Translations under genes and position numbers: made by a program
Origin: a virus
Length of the DNA: 64,000 bases
Strand: one strand, 5' to 3'
Virus record (IMG/VR): IMGVR_UViG_3300005617_000117
Coordinates: 1 to 64,000 of that record
Notes under the pieces: model-generated
What the model saw: the letters and a program-made list of their open reading frames with translations, nothing else
Database searches by the model: none
Told to the model about the DNA's origin: nothing
In this document: piece after piece, positions 35,501-44,208 of the stretch
Layout: every line of letters starts with the position of its first letter
How positions within the stretch are numbered: the stretch's first letter is position 1

Positions 35501-37258
35501 TTCACACTTCGTTATATACCAATGGGATTCGTAAATGCCCCTACGCCTAGACAGGCCAGCGGTATTACATATAACGGCACTGCTCTATCGGCAGCAAATC
35601 CGCCGCCGTTCGCAGTTTCAGGTGCTCAATTCCAGATTCCACAAAGCGGATTTTCAGTTGGCTTTTGGATCGCACCAAGAGAAGCGACGGCCGCCTCAGA
35701 TGCAGTTGTTGTATTATCATACGGTATCGTGCCAAGCAGTGCGACAAGTGCCGTCTTCTCGGATTCTTCATGGGCCATTGGTTTTGATGATGATAGTAAC
35801 TTATGCATGTGGCTATCGCAAGATGGCAAGATGAAGTTGACGAATGCGGCGACCCCCGCAAGTTCTCAGACAAAATGTGCTATTTTAAGAACGCCAGTGT
35901 CAGATCCGGGATCTGATATTGAAATATTTAGACGAGGTTATTTCAATCCTGGTCATATAGACAGTCTTGAGCATGTAATATTTACATTTAATCATTCGCC
36001 AAATGGTGGTGTAAGTGGTATAGCTAAAGGCTATTTGAATGGCGAGAAGGTTGCCGAAATGGCCGTGCCTGCCAGCGGCTTCCATCAGCCTATGGTGCCG
36101 GAATCTCGCTTTATCAGTTTTATGATTCCACAAACTGGTACTTGGGCATTCGGTACGGCCCGTGGTGCTCAGCTTAGCGTATTGACCGATGTATTTTACA
36201 TGTCTCGTCCAATTACAGATGAAGAAGCACGATATGTTGCTCTAAATGGTATTGGCCCTCCATCAGTTACGGAAGCGTCAGGAGCAATAGGAGGTTATGT
36301 AGTAGGATTAGCTGGTGCAGATGGCACGATTGGTGCCTATATGACCGGCTTCGATACCGGCTCTGGATTGATTGGCGGATATATTAATGGTGCTAACGAA
36401 AGTTCTGGTGCCATTGGCGGATATCTACCAGCCCTAAGTCTACCATCTGGTTATGTGGGTGCCTATATCTCTGCGACCATTGGGGCGTCAGGAGCAATCG
36501 GCGGATATATTTCCAGCAAAGACATGGCTTCTGGAGTCATCGGAAGCTGGATGCGTGGAGCCATCCGAAACGTTCATTATTTTGACGCGGCCTTCTCTGT
36601 TGAATTCTTCTCATTCTCAGATTTCGACGCGAAGTTCCGAGTTAATCAAACAAACACAAGCGATTTCGATGCTCAAATCGTAGTGTTCCAGAGTGAACAG
36701 CCCCCAGGAGTGGACATTATTATTCCGAATGCAACATTATTCGGCACTTCAATTCCTTGGGACCAATACTTTATTGGCAGTGGTCGAGCCGTACAAGGCA
36801 AGAGCATTGTCCAAGCCAAGTTTACTTTCGGTGACTTTAATGCACCGGTTCTAGTAAGCCAGAGTGGAAATGATTTATACCCCGTATCACATACGTTCTC
36901 TCAGAGCGGAGTATATATCGTAAGATTCTCAGTGATTGATTCTAATGGTCAGCATAATTCAGCTACAAGAATCATTAACTTAGCGTCTGGAGTTTCTCCA
37001 GTTAATATTGCATTATCAGGTATCCCGGGAGAAGGATTTGCTCCATTAAGCGTACAGTTTAGTCAGACGGTAATATCACAGCCAAATAATGTGGCAATTG
37101 TGGCACAACTACTTAGCTTTGATGATGGACAAGAGAGTATTAATATTAATCCTTTGCACGTATATACAGAAGTAGGAGTTTATAGACCGGTTTGGGTTGT
37201 CAGGGATTCTAGAGGATGCATTTGGGGCGACAGTTTGGTGGCAGGAGTGGATAACTAA
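32585..37258 (+). CDS. large tail fibre/adhesin: several LamG (concanavalin-like) domains, 14-aa repeat stalk and C-terminal PKD-like domains
   Basis: Repeated LamG motifs (FTIGYWI, HITFTY...LYKNG, YDRILSAAEI, FTIAGWF...FYVDG...NRPLLPSEI, FSVGFWI...YLNG). PKD-like FGD...SHTFSQSGVYIV and FDDG...HVYTEVGVY. Confidence 0.8.
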   Translation: MALNNEGNLVILSPFNEPSGAAFFKNYAPAYFNNRGSGLSYDWHVHITGGDTNEPQSCWPGTDGIFMPESGTTHFGYRVQGTAETNAAANNTAAEKVLIIGPGGWNSRSLLSIPPISQSGFTIGYWISPQSDGFIKHATTEIMAKRHAVIQKGATNEALYLGVSGARQQAAQFTQDVFASGLRAFAVVINSTAANDRRLDIPIESGAYTHITFTYKHFGTANEITLYKNGVSGAAIITPTQLVSSNAQWADRPLTIGGCIDTNAVGTDRYDEAAGWGHLISGVYAYDRILSAAEIAQIHNQGGLQVDSALTYPAYKAVTISDPSIVTYAPFISPGFIDASRHHLNLFANQDEGAIGNYIICPGPFNHAMAFNDTTNSIDLAIGTPSGTLIELLYGGNGSFTIAGWFFQDNAAGVTSTTFDNTTLFSFGSVGPTGEFGPARQTGGFQVSASGAANSVRMSARLYDGGLVTVANTTVLYHNDGDHFLSMAHHAALVYDEQTKGIAFYVDGLLSQSGTMPNSMLPQMQRLAGSGYPLVFLGGVINEAVDTYSNVGGDDCAVCDIFIANRPLLPSEIKFIAESGVDVTPTYYSVHDPRLRGYWDCTGSGTNDLLIRDTSMIFSSGGIPGHLVQCAADPMWDNIEASVDKGQLGRTDRFSLARDPIRGITSGAWAVMGASDGIPHTASVTGEWSRTSSTDFCQRFRMCSDERDIRAPTFINEYIIGFNVTPSGSLPTNYFGQAGRETNSMLTHFGEVSATDSFFSYLTLHSDPASGVIIVFESADGTSLMTPLVSGSLINGIQSRVMFHAKPLLPFNSDTLTPIECCLYINGNPVTRNVFASNAAVGPAARLYDLDANGAADNWTMQIGGRGLNDTFSSQVTSQDGLGQIYMNGIFCMVGTFSRNDILRLAASGINSSKTISNFSNSIPSAPLTIQDPNLEGYWRFSGPDAGSGITDLSSKNNNLTAIARSVGSQSAFTLRYIPMGFVNAPTPRQASGITYNGTALSAANPPPFAVSGAQFQIPQSGFSVGFWIAPREATAASDAVVVLSYGIVPSSATSAVFSDSSWAIGFDDDSNLCMWLSQDGKMKLTNAATPASSQTKCAILRTPVSDPGSDIEIFRRGYFNPGHIDSLEHVIFTFNHSPNGGVSGIAKGYLNGEKVAEMAVPASGFHQPMVPESRFISFMIPQTGTWAFGTARGAQLSVLTDVFYMSRPITDEEARYVALNGIGPPSVTEASGAIGGYVVGLAGADGTIGAYMTGFDTGSGLIGGYINGANESSGAIGGYLPALSLPSGYVGAYISATIGASGAIGGYISSKDMASGVIGSWMRGAIRNVHYFDAAFSVEFFSFSDFDAKFRVNQTNTSDFDAQIVVFQSEQPPGVDIIIPNATLFGTSIPWDQYFIGSGRAVQGKSIVQAKFTFGDFNAPVLVSQSGNDLYPVSHTFSQSGVYIVRFSVIDSNGQHNSATRIINLASGVSPVNIALSGIPGEGFAPLSVQFSQTVISQPNNVAIVAQLLSFDDGQESININPLHVYTEVGVYRPVWVVRDSRGCIWGDSLVAGVDN
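36272..36691 (+). repeat. ten 14-aa (42-nt period) protein repeats
   Basis: Seven units of xxSG(A/L/V)IG(G/A)Yxxxxx followed in register by three xxxx(D/Y)FDAxxxVxx units. Confidence 0.75.
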
Positions 37259-40200
37259 TGGGCGAATTAATTTCAGTCAGTGGATCAAGTCTACCATTCA
37301 ATGCAATTGCATGGCCGTCTGGCTTATTTGCATCGGGCACGCCCGGCTATAATCTAACGGCATTTCTTGCTTCATTAAATGCTAACTTCGGATTTAACTT
37401 AACGCCGCACACGTTTCAGATGGAATGGGTGCCCGCTGGCGATGCCTCCTCATTCCACGGAGCATCAGGCCAATTGCCGCCAATCGGAAGCAACTTTGAA
37501 CTTTATGTGGGAGACTTTTTCCTACGGGGTTATGTTACTCACTCAGATTACGTGACTAGTAAAGATGGGACGATGATTAATCTCAATGTAGAAGATTATC
37601 GAAGAGTCCTACAAAAAGTTAAGATACATACAGAAGACTTGGGCGAAAACGTCCCATCGGGAGTTGTTTCTGTAGCAAGAGCATTCCGTAAAGTCAATGG
37701 GCTTTATAATCTTGATGGTACTGCGTCTGATCCTTTAACACTAGAGTATCAGAGAATTCTTGATATTGGGGCGACTTATACTCAGATTCTTTCTGCAATC
37801 GATTATACATATAACGAGGGCAAGTCTTCATTGCCAGTTTCAGAACTGCCTACAAAAGCTAAACTTCAGGCGAATCTTGGACCCGACCTAGACAATCTGC
37901 GTTGGCAATTTAACTTAACAACTATTGACGAAATGATGAGCCGTATCCTAGCGGACTCTGGATTTGATTGGTATTGGAACATGAGTTCTGCCCAATTAAA
38001 TCTCGTGAATAAAAAGAATATCTTTGATGTTACTGAAAACAGAATTCTTGATTACGTGTCCACATTCGGCAGTGCAAGCGGTCTTAATGAAACCGTCCAA
38101 TTAGGATTCGGACAGGACGTAGTTTCTGATCCAACAAGATTCCGACTAATGGGCGGACATCAGCAAGGCGTAATTAACTCGCAACTATTAAGTCCAATCG
38201 ACGGTCTAGATACTTCTGCTCTTGATAATCACATTGTATTCAAGAAGGCGTGGGATCAATTAACGATTGGTTTCTATGATGCTGATGGTTTCTATCGCAC
38301 CTATATTCCTCACGAACGCGAACTCCAGCTTTCGATGGCGGGTATTGAACAATGGTCATACTTTAAGAAATTCCAGAGTGATAGTAGTGGTGATTATCCT
38401 CCTGGGTTTGAATTACCAGCGGACGCGGGATCTATCGCGGCCCAGGACGGAACATTCCAAAGCCGCCTCAATCCGTTAATGCCTCTCGCGGGCGAGGCCA
38501 CGAGTGCGGGGCAGTCTGGTATTCGTATCATTTCTAACAGACGAGATCAGGAACACAACTGGACTCTTGATTTCTTTAACAGGGTAAGAAACCACGCCTC
38601 TAGACATTATGGACGCACTTACATTGCTTCTGGAGTTATGTTTAATAATGCCTCCGGGATGTTCCGTCCAATCGATGCCGCATGGGCAAATATCGAAAAC
38701 CAAATTAATGGAACAACGCTATCTCCGTCTGGCTCGACAAGCGGCCTCTTCGTAGAAAATTATGAAATTAACAGACAGCTAGGGCCAGTCAGTCCATTTA
38801 TCACAGACGACTTCCGAGTTGCTGCCCATTGCGTCCTACCGGCTGACACCGTTTATGGTCCGTTAGGTGACGACGTTCCGGCTTCCTTTGCGAACTGGAC
38901 TGAGGATGCTCCACCATTTAATCCATCTGGCGATGGACGACACTACATCCCTGTGCAAATTTCTATGGTTGGTCAGAGAGTTATTGACCCACGAAGCAAT
39001 GATCTCTTCTCATTCGAATCTTATCCAGAAGGCACTTTGTTATGTCAGTTGCCAATTAATGCTGGACCACGTACGGGACTGATAAATGACGGAATAATTA
39101 GAAGTCTAGAAACTTTAATTTCTACACGAGACAAGTTGGGTGGCTCAGGCTTACAGGATATAGTAGATCCTTCAATTGTTCTAAATGTATATTCAGAGTT
39201 GAGCGGTGTTGTCGTGCCCGTAGAGGCGAGAACTCGATATGGACAAATCTATCCAACCACTTGGGTTTCAGGTATTTTGAATCCTCGTACACATGAAGAA
39301 GTGCAGTTAGACGATCAGTTCGTGCCCTGGGCATTCTCTCCACAGGGAACTAAAAATTCGCTTGATATTATGACTGACCGTGCAATGGCAAGAGTAATTG
39401 GCAAGGTTGTTCGCAGTGACACTTCTAGATTTGCTGATTTTACTCAAGTTGGATTACCATTGCTTTCATTTGACTCATTTGCGAATCAGCAAGTAGATGC
39501 TAATGGTTTATACGGATCAATCGTCCACGGAGTCAATGAATTAAATCTTGGTTTCTCTATTGACGGTTTCCAGACTCGCTATAAGGTACAGTCTTATTAT
39601 CCAAAATTTGGCAAGGAAGCTCCTCTTGGAGAAAGAGTCCGTGCCATTCTAAATGGTATTATTAATCCTATCGACTTTACATTCTTAAAGTTAGGCAATC
39701 AGGTTCCTCCTCCGCCGCCAAGTCCTTTGATTGATGCCGGAGCCAGAGATATTCCTTTCTTTGCCACACGAGAAGAAAGAGCGGTTCGAGTTAGAATTTC
39801 CGAAGTCAATGACATCTTCACGCTTGCAAGCGTAGGATTACCACTCCAAGAAAGATATCGAGGTGTTGATGCTCACGGTTATAAGAAGCCATATGCCAAC
39901 TCATTCTCGTCTGACTTAGATCAAAAACGTGGAGCTATCTGCATTGACGGCTTCTTAAACGTCGATGATTCTGCGATTTATCATACTGATGCATTCGAAT
40001 TGCCCGGCGGAACTACTATTCTCAGATACTTTACTGGAGGCCGCCCATTCGGCAATAGCACGATCGTTACTGTTGAACAGGTGAGCGTAGACGTTCCCGG
40101 AACATATGATGTTACAATCTTTGAAAATAATGACGCCGACAGAGCAATCTTGGCTGTTCCAGTTCTTAATGGCTCAGTTAATATTGGCGATAGAACTACG

Positions 40201-40545
40201 CTTTCCGCAAGAGGCGACGCATCTGTTACTGTTGGGCCAAACGTTGGCGGCCTGTATATTAATGGAACTTCGCTTGGTGCAGGCGTAGTACCAGTAGAAA
40301 TCGTTTCTGTTACTAACGAGGGTACGATTGCTGCTACGGCAGTATGTCAAATCCTTAATTCTAATGGTATTGCAGCCGAAAATGGGGCCCAAACCAGTGG
40401 CGTTATTCCTTTGCCTTACAGACAATTTGCCACTTCTGGCGACCGAGGATTCTTGGCGACTACCACGGTTCCAGATGCCGTAAGCGGTAGCGGTGTCAGC
40501 GTTAGTTTCGTTGAAATAGTCAAGCCAGCCTTCGTTCGGTACTAA
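37258..40545 (+). CDS. tail tip / baseplate hub-like structural protein
   Basis: 1095-aa beta-rich, SG-rich protein in the tail-tip operon. Confidence 0.6.
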   Translation: MGELISVSGSSLPFNAIAWPSGLFASGTPGYNLTAFLASLNANFGFNLTPHTFQMEWVPAGDASSFHGASGQLPPIGSNFELYVGDFFLRGYVTHSDYVTSKDGTMINLNVEDYRRVLQKVKIHTEDLGENVPSGVVSVARAFRKVNGLYNLDGTASDPLTLEYQRILDIGATYTQILSAIDYTYNEGKSSLPVSELPTKAKLQANLGPDLDNLRWQFNLTTIDEMMSRILADSGFDWYWNMSSAQLNLVNKKNIFDVTENRILDYVSTFGSASGLNETVQLGFGQDVVSDPTRFRLMGGHQQGVINSQLLSPIDGLDTSALDNHIVFKKAWDQLTIGFYDADGFYRTYIPHERELQLSMAGIEQWSYFKKFQSDSSGDYPPGFELPADAGSIAAQDGTFQSRLNPLMPLAGEATSAGQSGIRIISNRRDQEHNWTLDFFNRVRNHASRHYGRTYIASGVMFNNASGMFRPIDAAWANIENQINGTTLSPSGSTSGLFVENYEINRQLGPVSPFITDDFRVAAHCVLPADTVYGPLGDDVPASFANWTEDAPPFNPSGDGRHYIPVQISMVGQRVIDPRSNDLFSFESYPEGTLLCQLPINAGPRTGLINDGIIRSLETLISTRDKLGGSGLQDIVDPSIVLNVYSELSGVVVPVEARTRYGQIYPTTWVSGILNPRTHEEVQLDDQFVPWAFSPQGTKNSLDIMTDRAMARVIGKVVRSDTSRFADFTQVGLPLLSFDSFANQQVDANGLYGSIVHGVNELNLGFSIDGFQTRYKVQSYYPKFGKEAPLGERVRAILNGIINPIDFTFLKLGNQVPPPPPSPLIDAGARDIPFFATREERAVRVRISEVNDIFTLASVGLPLQERYRGVDAHGYKKPYANSFSSDLDQKRGAICIDGFLNVDDSAIYHTDAFELPGGTTILRYFTGGRPFGNSTIVTVEQVSVDVPGTYDVTIFENNDADRAILAVPVLNGSVNIGDRTTLSARGDASVTVGPNVGGLYINGTSLGAGVVPVEIVSVTNEGTIAATAVCQILNSNGIAAENGAQTSGVIPLPYRQFATSGDRGFLATTTVPDAVSGSGVSVSFVEIVKPAFVRY

Positions 40546-40548
40546 TTC

Positions 40549-42465
40549 ATGGTTGTAGCTTCTGGAACCATCCCATATCAGTATGAGGGAATCTATCCCT
40601 TTAGAGTGCCCGATAGTCGATCTGTCGGTTTTTCTGGTATTCTATACGAACAAACAATGACCGTCCATACAGCAGAATTATTTAGATTCTTTGGATCTGA
40701 TGACGATCCGTTCGTGTTCCAGAAGTATTTTAATATTAATGCTGCCACAGAATTATTTACGCCTCGACCTGATGGTGCCAATCTTGACGGTCGTGTGAAT
40801 GGTTTGCCCGCTGGATCATTCTTCATGAACTATATTGAAGACATGCGGCAGAGCTTCTCGCTTATGTTCTCGTTTAGCAACGTCGATTTAGCCGGGAATA
40901 TTTTAGCCTTTAAAAAGGACTGGCTTCTTTGGGTCGGAAGCATTAGCGGCACTCAAGGAGATTTTACAAGATCCTTAGAAACAATTAATTCTGGTCCAAT
41001 TCTTAGTATGGATTTTGACGACGTTGGGGCTAGTGGCGTTCTTACCGATATTGACTTAAGAGAAGTGTCTTACCAGCCGTATTCAAGATGGGGCAAAACT
41101 CTATCTGTAACTTATAACATTGCCTCGGTTAGACTCGGACCTATTTTCCCAGGCTTTATGTCTACCGCAGGACTGTTCGTTAATTTAAACTCCAGAGAAC
41201 AAGCACTTAGCTTCACGACTGGCGGGACAACTAGAACGTCGGCAGATTGGACCGCTGGACAAATGATATTAGATGGAGACATGTTCTTCTCTGATACAGA
41301 TTTTGCCCTGGCCGCAGGAACGGCAACTCGTCAAACACTAGAAGGTGATATTTCTCATAACGCCTATCCGGTACTTTCACTTCCTGGCCGTGTATTTAGA
41401 AATCACTTAAATGGCACGGTAGATCCGCGTGCTCGGGCGATCGTAGATCCCATTCCGTTAGCCATTGGTGGATATGGTATTGGAGCAATCAATAGTTTAT
41501 CTGCTCATCCTAAATTAGTTGTACCATCGGGCACTTTAAGTTTTAGTCCACAATTATCCTATAACGGCACTCATCTTGGTAGCGGATTTTATGTGTTTGA
41601 TAATAGTTTCTGGATTGACCAAGACGAAATCCTTAATCCTTCCGGCCTAAGACTACTAAATCCTTTGGCCCCACCGTCATTCGTTTGGTTTAGAATTGCA
41701 GATCAAGCTAATGCATTTGACGATCTCGGCGGCAACCACGCCTGGAGCACGCAGAACATGGTTGGTCTGATGGATAACGGCACAAACTATGTTAAAATGT
41801 CCACCATGCTTGCGACAGCAGATGCCGACAGAAAGATGGGATTCTTCTCATATGATAAATCTACTCTAGACCTTGTTTCAGTAGATCAACCGGTTCAAGA
41901 CTGGACAGTATTTACTGCAACTATCTCTGTCCCTGGAGTTTTAGCTCATGCCTCGTGGGATGGTACTTACTACTACGCCTATACCCAAAGCGGATCTGGT
42001 CCTGCTAGAAATATCTTCTTATTTGATAGCGGATTTATCCTGGCAGACTCTAAGTTTTATGGGGCACACACATTAACTTGGATTCAGGGCAATATATTTA
42101 CTGGCGGCGTTTTCGGAGCCGTTGGAGATACGGTCTATGAACTATTAATAGATCCTGATCCTGGCAATGACATTGTTACTGATACTGGCATTGCTTATAC
42201 TGTGGATGTTAGCGTTGCAGCGTGGCCAGCCAGTCATTCAAGCGTAGTAACTAAAATCTATCCGCCGAAACAAATTACTGGATCTCCTTATTTTACAGAC
42301 GGTACATGGATGATGGCTATTAATGGATCTAATGTAGTAGTTATGTTTAGAGGTGAATTATCTGGATCATCTATTGTACCACAGGAAGGGTTTGTTGTCA
42401 GTGCATTGGGTGCGGCGGTCACGGCAAGAGCCGGTTATGAGTTCGTATATGGCAACTTTACTTAG
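40549..42465 (+). CDS. putative tail/receptor-binding structural protein
   Basis: 638-aa beta-rich, SG-rich protein. The C-terminal half has propeller-like segments (SWDGTYYY). Confidence 0.55.
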   Translation: MVVASGTIPYQYEGIYPFRVPDSRSVGFSGILYEQTMTVHTAELFRFFGSDDDPFVFQKYFNINAATELFTPRPDGANLDGRVNGLPAGSFFMNYIEDMRQSFSLMFSFSNVDLAGNILAFKKDWLLWVGSISGTQGDFTRSLETINSGPILSMDFDDVGASGVLTDIDLREVSYQPYSRWGKTLSVTYNIASVRLGPIFPGFMSTAGLFVNLNSREQALSFTTGGTTRTSADWTAGQMILDGDMFFSDTDFALAAGTATRQTLEGDISHNAYPVLSLPGRVFRNHLNGTVDPRARAIVDPIPLAIGGYGIGAINSLSAHPKLVVPSGTLSFSPQLSYNGTHLGSGFYVFDNSFWIDQDEILNPSGLRLLNPLAPPSFVWFRIADQANAFDDLGGNHAWSTQNMVGLMDNGTNYVKMSTMLATADADRKMGFFSYDKSTLDLVSVDQPVQDWTVFTATISVPGVLAHASWDGTYYYAYTQSGSGPARNIFLFDSGFILADSKFYGAHTLTWIQGNIFTGGVFGAVGDTVYELLIDPDPGNDIVTDTGIAYTVDVSVAAWPASHSSVVTKIYPPKQITGSPYFTDGTWMMAINGSNVVVMFRGELSGSSIVPQEGFVVSALGAAVTARAGYEFVYGNFT

Positions 42466-42471
42466 TGTAAT
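42463..42471 (+). promoter_or_regulatory. putative late promoter TAGTGTAAT
   Basis: Motif overlapping a TAG stop, immediately upstream of a structured RNA. Confidence 0.65.
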
Positions 42472-42480
42472 TTAATTATA

Positions 42481-42581
42481 CCCGGATGCCAGACGGTATC
42501 TCGTGGGACTTGCCCCGAAGGGCCACAGGCGTTCGGACTTACCGATAGCTAAGGTTTAAAAAGCCTTGGCTATTTTTATTT
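42481..42581 (+). ncRNA. candidate structured small RNA or attenuator leader
   Basis: GC-rich non-coding stretch between promoter motif and terminator. Stem ccggatgcc/ggcgttcgg, inner gtg/cac and gccc-cgaa-gggc, possible pseudoknot cggta/taccg. Confidence 0.5.
42545..42581 (+). terminator. intrinsic terminator upstream of the 42597 gene
   Basis: atagctaaggttt-aaa-aagccttggctat followed by ttttattt. Confidence 0.7.
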
Positions 42582-42596
42582 GATGGGAGATTTTTC

Positions 42597-43253
42597 ATGG
42601 TAAGCGGAATTAGATTCGCAGGATGTTCTGGAGCGATGGGTGGACAGCCTAGCAATAGAGCGTTCCCCAACGGTCTAGAAGTATTTAATATGCAGCCTGG
42701 GGATACGTCTGCACCTCTACGTGTAGGCTTCTTCGGTGCTGGAGGGGCTCCTAACGCCTCAGTAATCGTTGGCGAATACCAAGACCGCACCCACAGAACT
42801 AATCATAACGGGGCCGATTTAGGCGTCTTTATTAATAATAAATTCTCATCTTCTACGGTAGCAATTGTTTCTGGCGTTACGTTCCCCAACTTAATCGATA
42901 TGCCAGCAAGTTCCGGTACTCTGATGTGCCGGTTTACAGAGCCAAGTGCTCAGCAAGTACAAACTCAGAACGCCACGTTCCGGGCGGTTTCATTTAACTC
43001 TAACTCAGGCGTTCCGAACATCGATGCTATTCCTGCTAACGTAACCGTACAGGCTTTCGAGCTAAAGAATACGGTTGGTGGTGCTGGCAACTCTTCATGG
43101 ACTAATATTACCAGCGGAAGCAATGCCCTTGCACTTAATGCACAGGCTGCGACCGCAACGGTTCATGACTTTATAGTTGCCGTTTCTGCTTCTCCGACCG
43201 CTACGGGAACTAATCGAGACTTCGGCTTCGCCGTAAGATTAGAATACTTCTAA
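42597..43253 (+). CDS. putative virion protein
   Basis: RBS gggaga. 218 aa, rich in Ser/Gly/Ala/Thr, six SG motifs. Last gene of the structural block. Confidence 0.65.
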   Translation: MVSGIRFAGCSGAMGGQPSNRAFPNGLEVFNMQPGDTSAPLRVGFFGAGGAPNASVIVGEYQDRTHRTNHNGADLGVFINNKFSSSTVAIVSGVTFPNLIDMPASSGTLMCRFTEPSAQQVQTQNATFRAVSFNSNSGVPNIDAIPANVTVQAFELKNTVGGAGNSSWTNITSGSNALALNAQAATATVHDFIVAVSASPTATGTNRDFGFAVRLEYF

Positions 43254-43313
43254 GATTTTTCCGTAACTTTTCTCAGAAAAACCGGCATATTACCTAGCGT
43301 TCAAGGAGGTATT

Positions 43314-43790
43314 ATGACGAATCTCGCTTTCAGAGCAGACAGTCCAGGCGTTGGACCGAATAGATGGATCGCAAGCTTAAGTGACGGATCTACAGTCTTC
43401 GAAGATCGATTACCTAATATACCGTCGTCATGGATTAGGCTGCAAGAGTACGTACGAGAATCTGGTCTACAAATTACTCGTTTGCGGTCCCAGGCAAATG
43501 GCGTCATGGTCCAACTCCCTCCTTTTAAGGATGAGAATGGTCTTCAGCAGTTGGATGGCTATTGGCATAGTAAACGTCAGACAGCTTTCTTGCATCCAGA
43601 CATTATGCAAGAGACTTCCCACGGCATTGGATTTATCAGGGGAGATACTCTGTCCATTAGTTGGATTAAAGAAAACGGATCGATAGAAGAAGAGCAAAGA
43701 CCGTATAATAGACAAAAAGACCTAGCGGGAATTTTAAATGTCAAAATATCAGTCGATCACAACTCCAACGATTCAGCACGACGAATTTAA
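43314..43790 (+). CDS. hypothetical protein (first gene of the replication block)
   Basis: Strong RBS aaggagg. WIASLSDGSTVFE...SWIRL motif. Confidence 0.75.
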   Translation: MTNLAFRADSPGVGPNRWIASLSDGSTVFEDRLPNIPSSWIRLQEYVRESGLQITRLRSQANGVMVQLPPFKDENGLQQLDGYWHSKRQTAFLHPDIMQETSHGIGFIRGDTLSISWIKENGSIEEEQRPYNRQKDLAGILNVKISVDHNSNDSARRI

Positions 43791-44208
43791 TATTGTCACG
43801 GAACTTATTTTCTTAAATAATTATGGGAATGTTGGTGAATATCCGTGGCGAGGTCAATATAGAGACTTCTGGTCTAAGACGCTAGCAATAATTCGCAAGT
43901 TGCACAAAGTCCACGGTCTATCGGTCGATCAACTAGCGTTCTATATATTTAAGTGCAGCCCCAAAGAGCTTTCTCAGCAAGAATTTGCTAAAGCCGCCGT
44001 AGTTGCTAAAAAACTATTCCTTAAATTTAATCTTGACGAATTAGTTAATCGGTACAGAGAAAAATTCAAACCGATTGAAATGACGGGGCTAGAAGCGGCA
44101 CCATATAGTGACCGTACTATCACAGAACCTAAACGAAAAACACTTATTGAATTATTAAAGGAATTGGAAAATGGCCAAGGAGCAAACTCTATTCACGAAG
44201 GAAGTTGA
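43738..44208 (+). CDS. hypothetical protein
   Basis: 156-aa ORF overlapping both neighbours. Confidence 0.7.
   Translation: MSKYQSITTPTIQHDEFNIVTELIFLNNYGNVGEYPWRGQYRDFWSKTLAIIRKLHKVHGLSVDQLAFYIFKCSPKELSQQEFAKAAVVAKKLFLKFNLDELVNRYREKFKPIEMTGLEAAPYSDRTITEPKRKTLIELLKELENGQGANSIHEGS

Noticed and set aside
42481-42544. tRNA, HDV-like/theta ribozyme or ZTP riboswitch
   Set aside because: No cloverleaf or T-loop, the HDV P3 stem cannot be formed, and the conserved ZTP motifs are absent. Kept only as an unclassified structured RNA.
19299-43253. Contractile tail or contractile injection system
   Set aside because: No recognisable sheath, baseplate wedge or spike gene. A long tape measure and single tube gene fit a non-contractile tail.
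32585-43253. Diversity-generating retroelement acting on tail proteins
   Set aside because: No reverse transcriptase and no template/variable repeat pair seen in the window.
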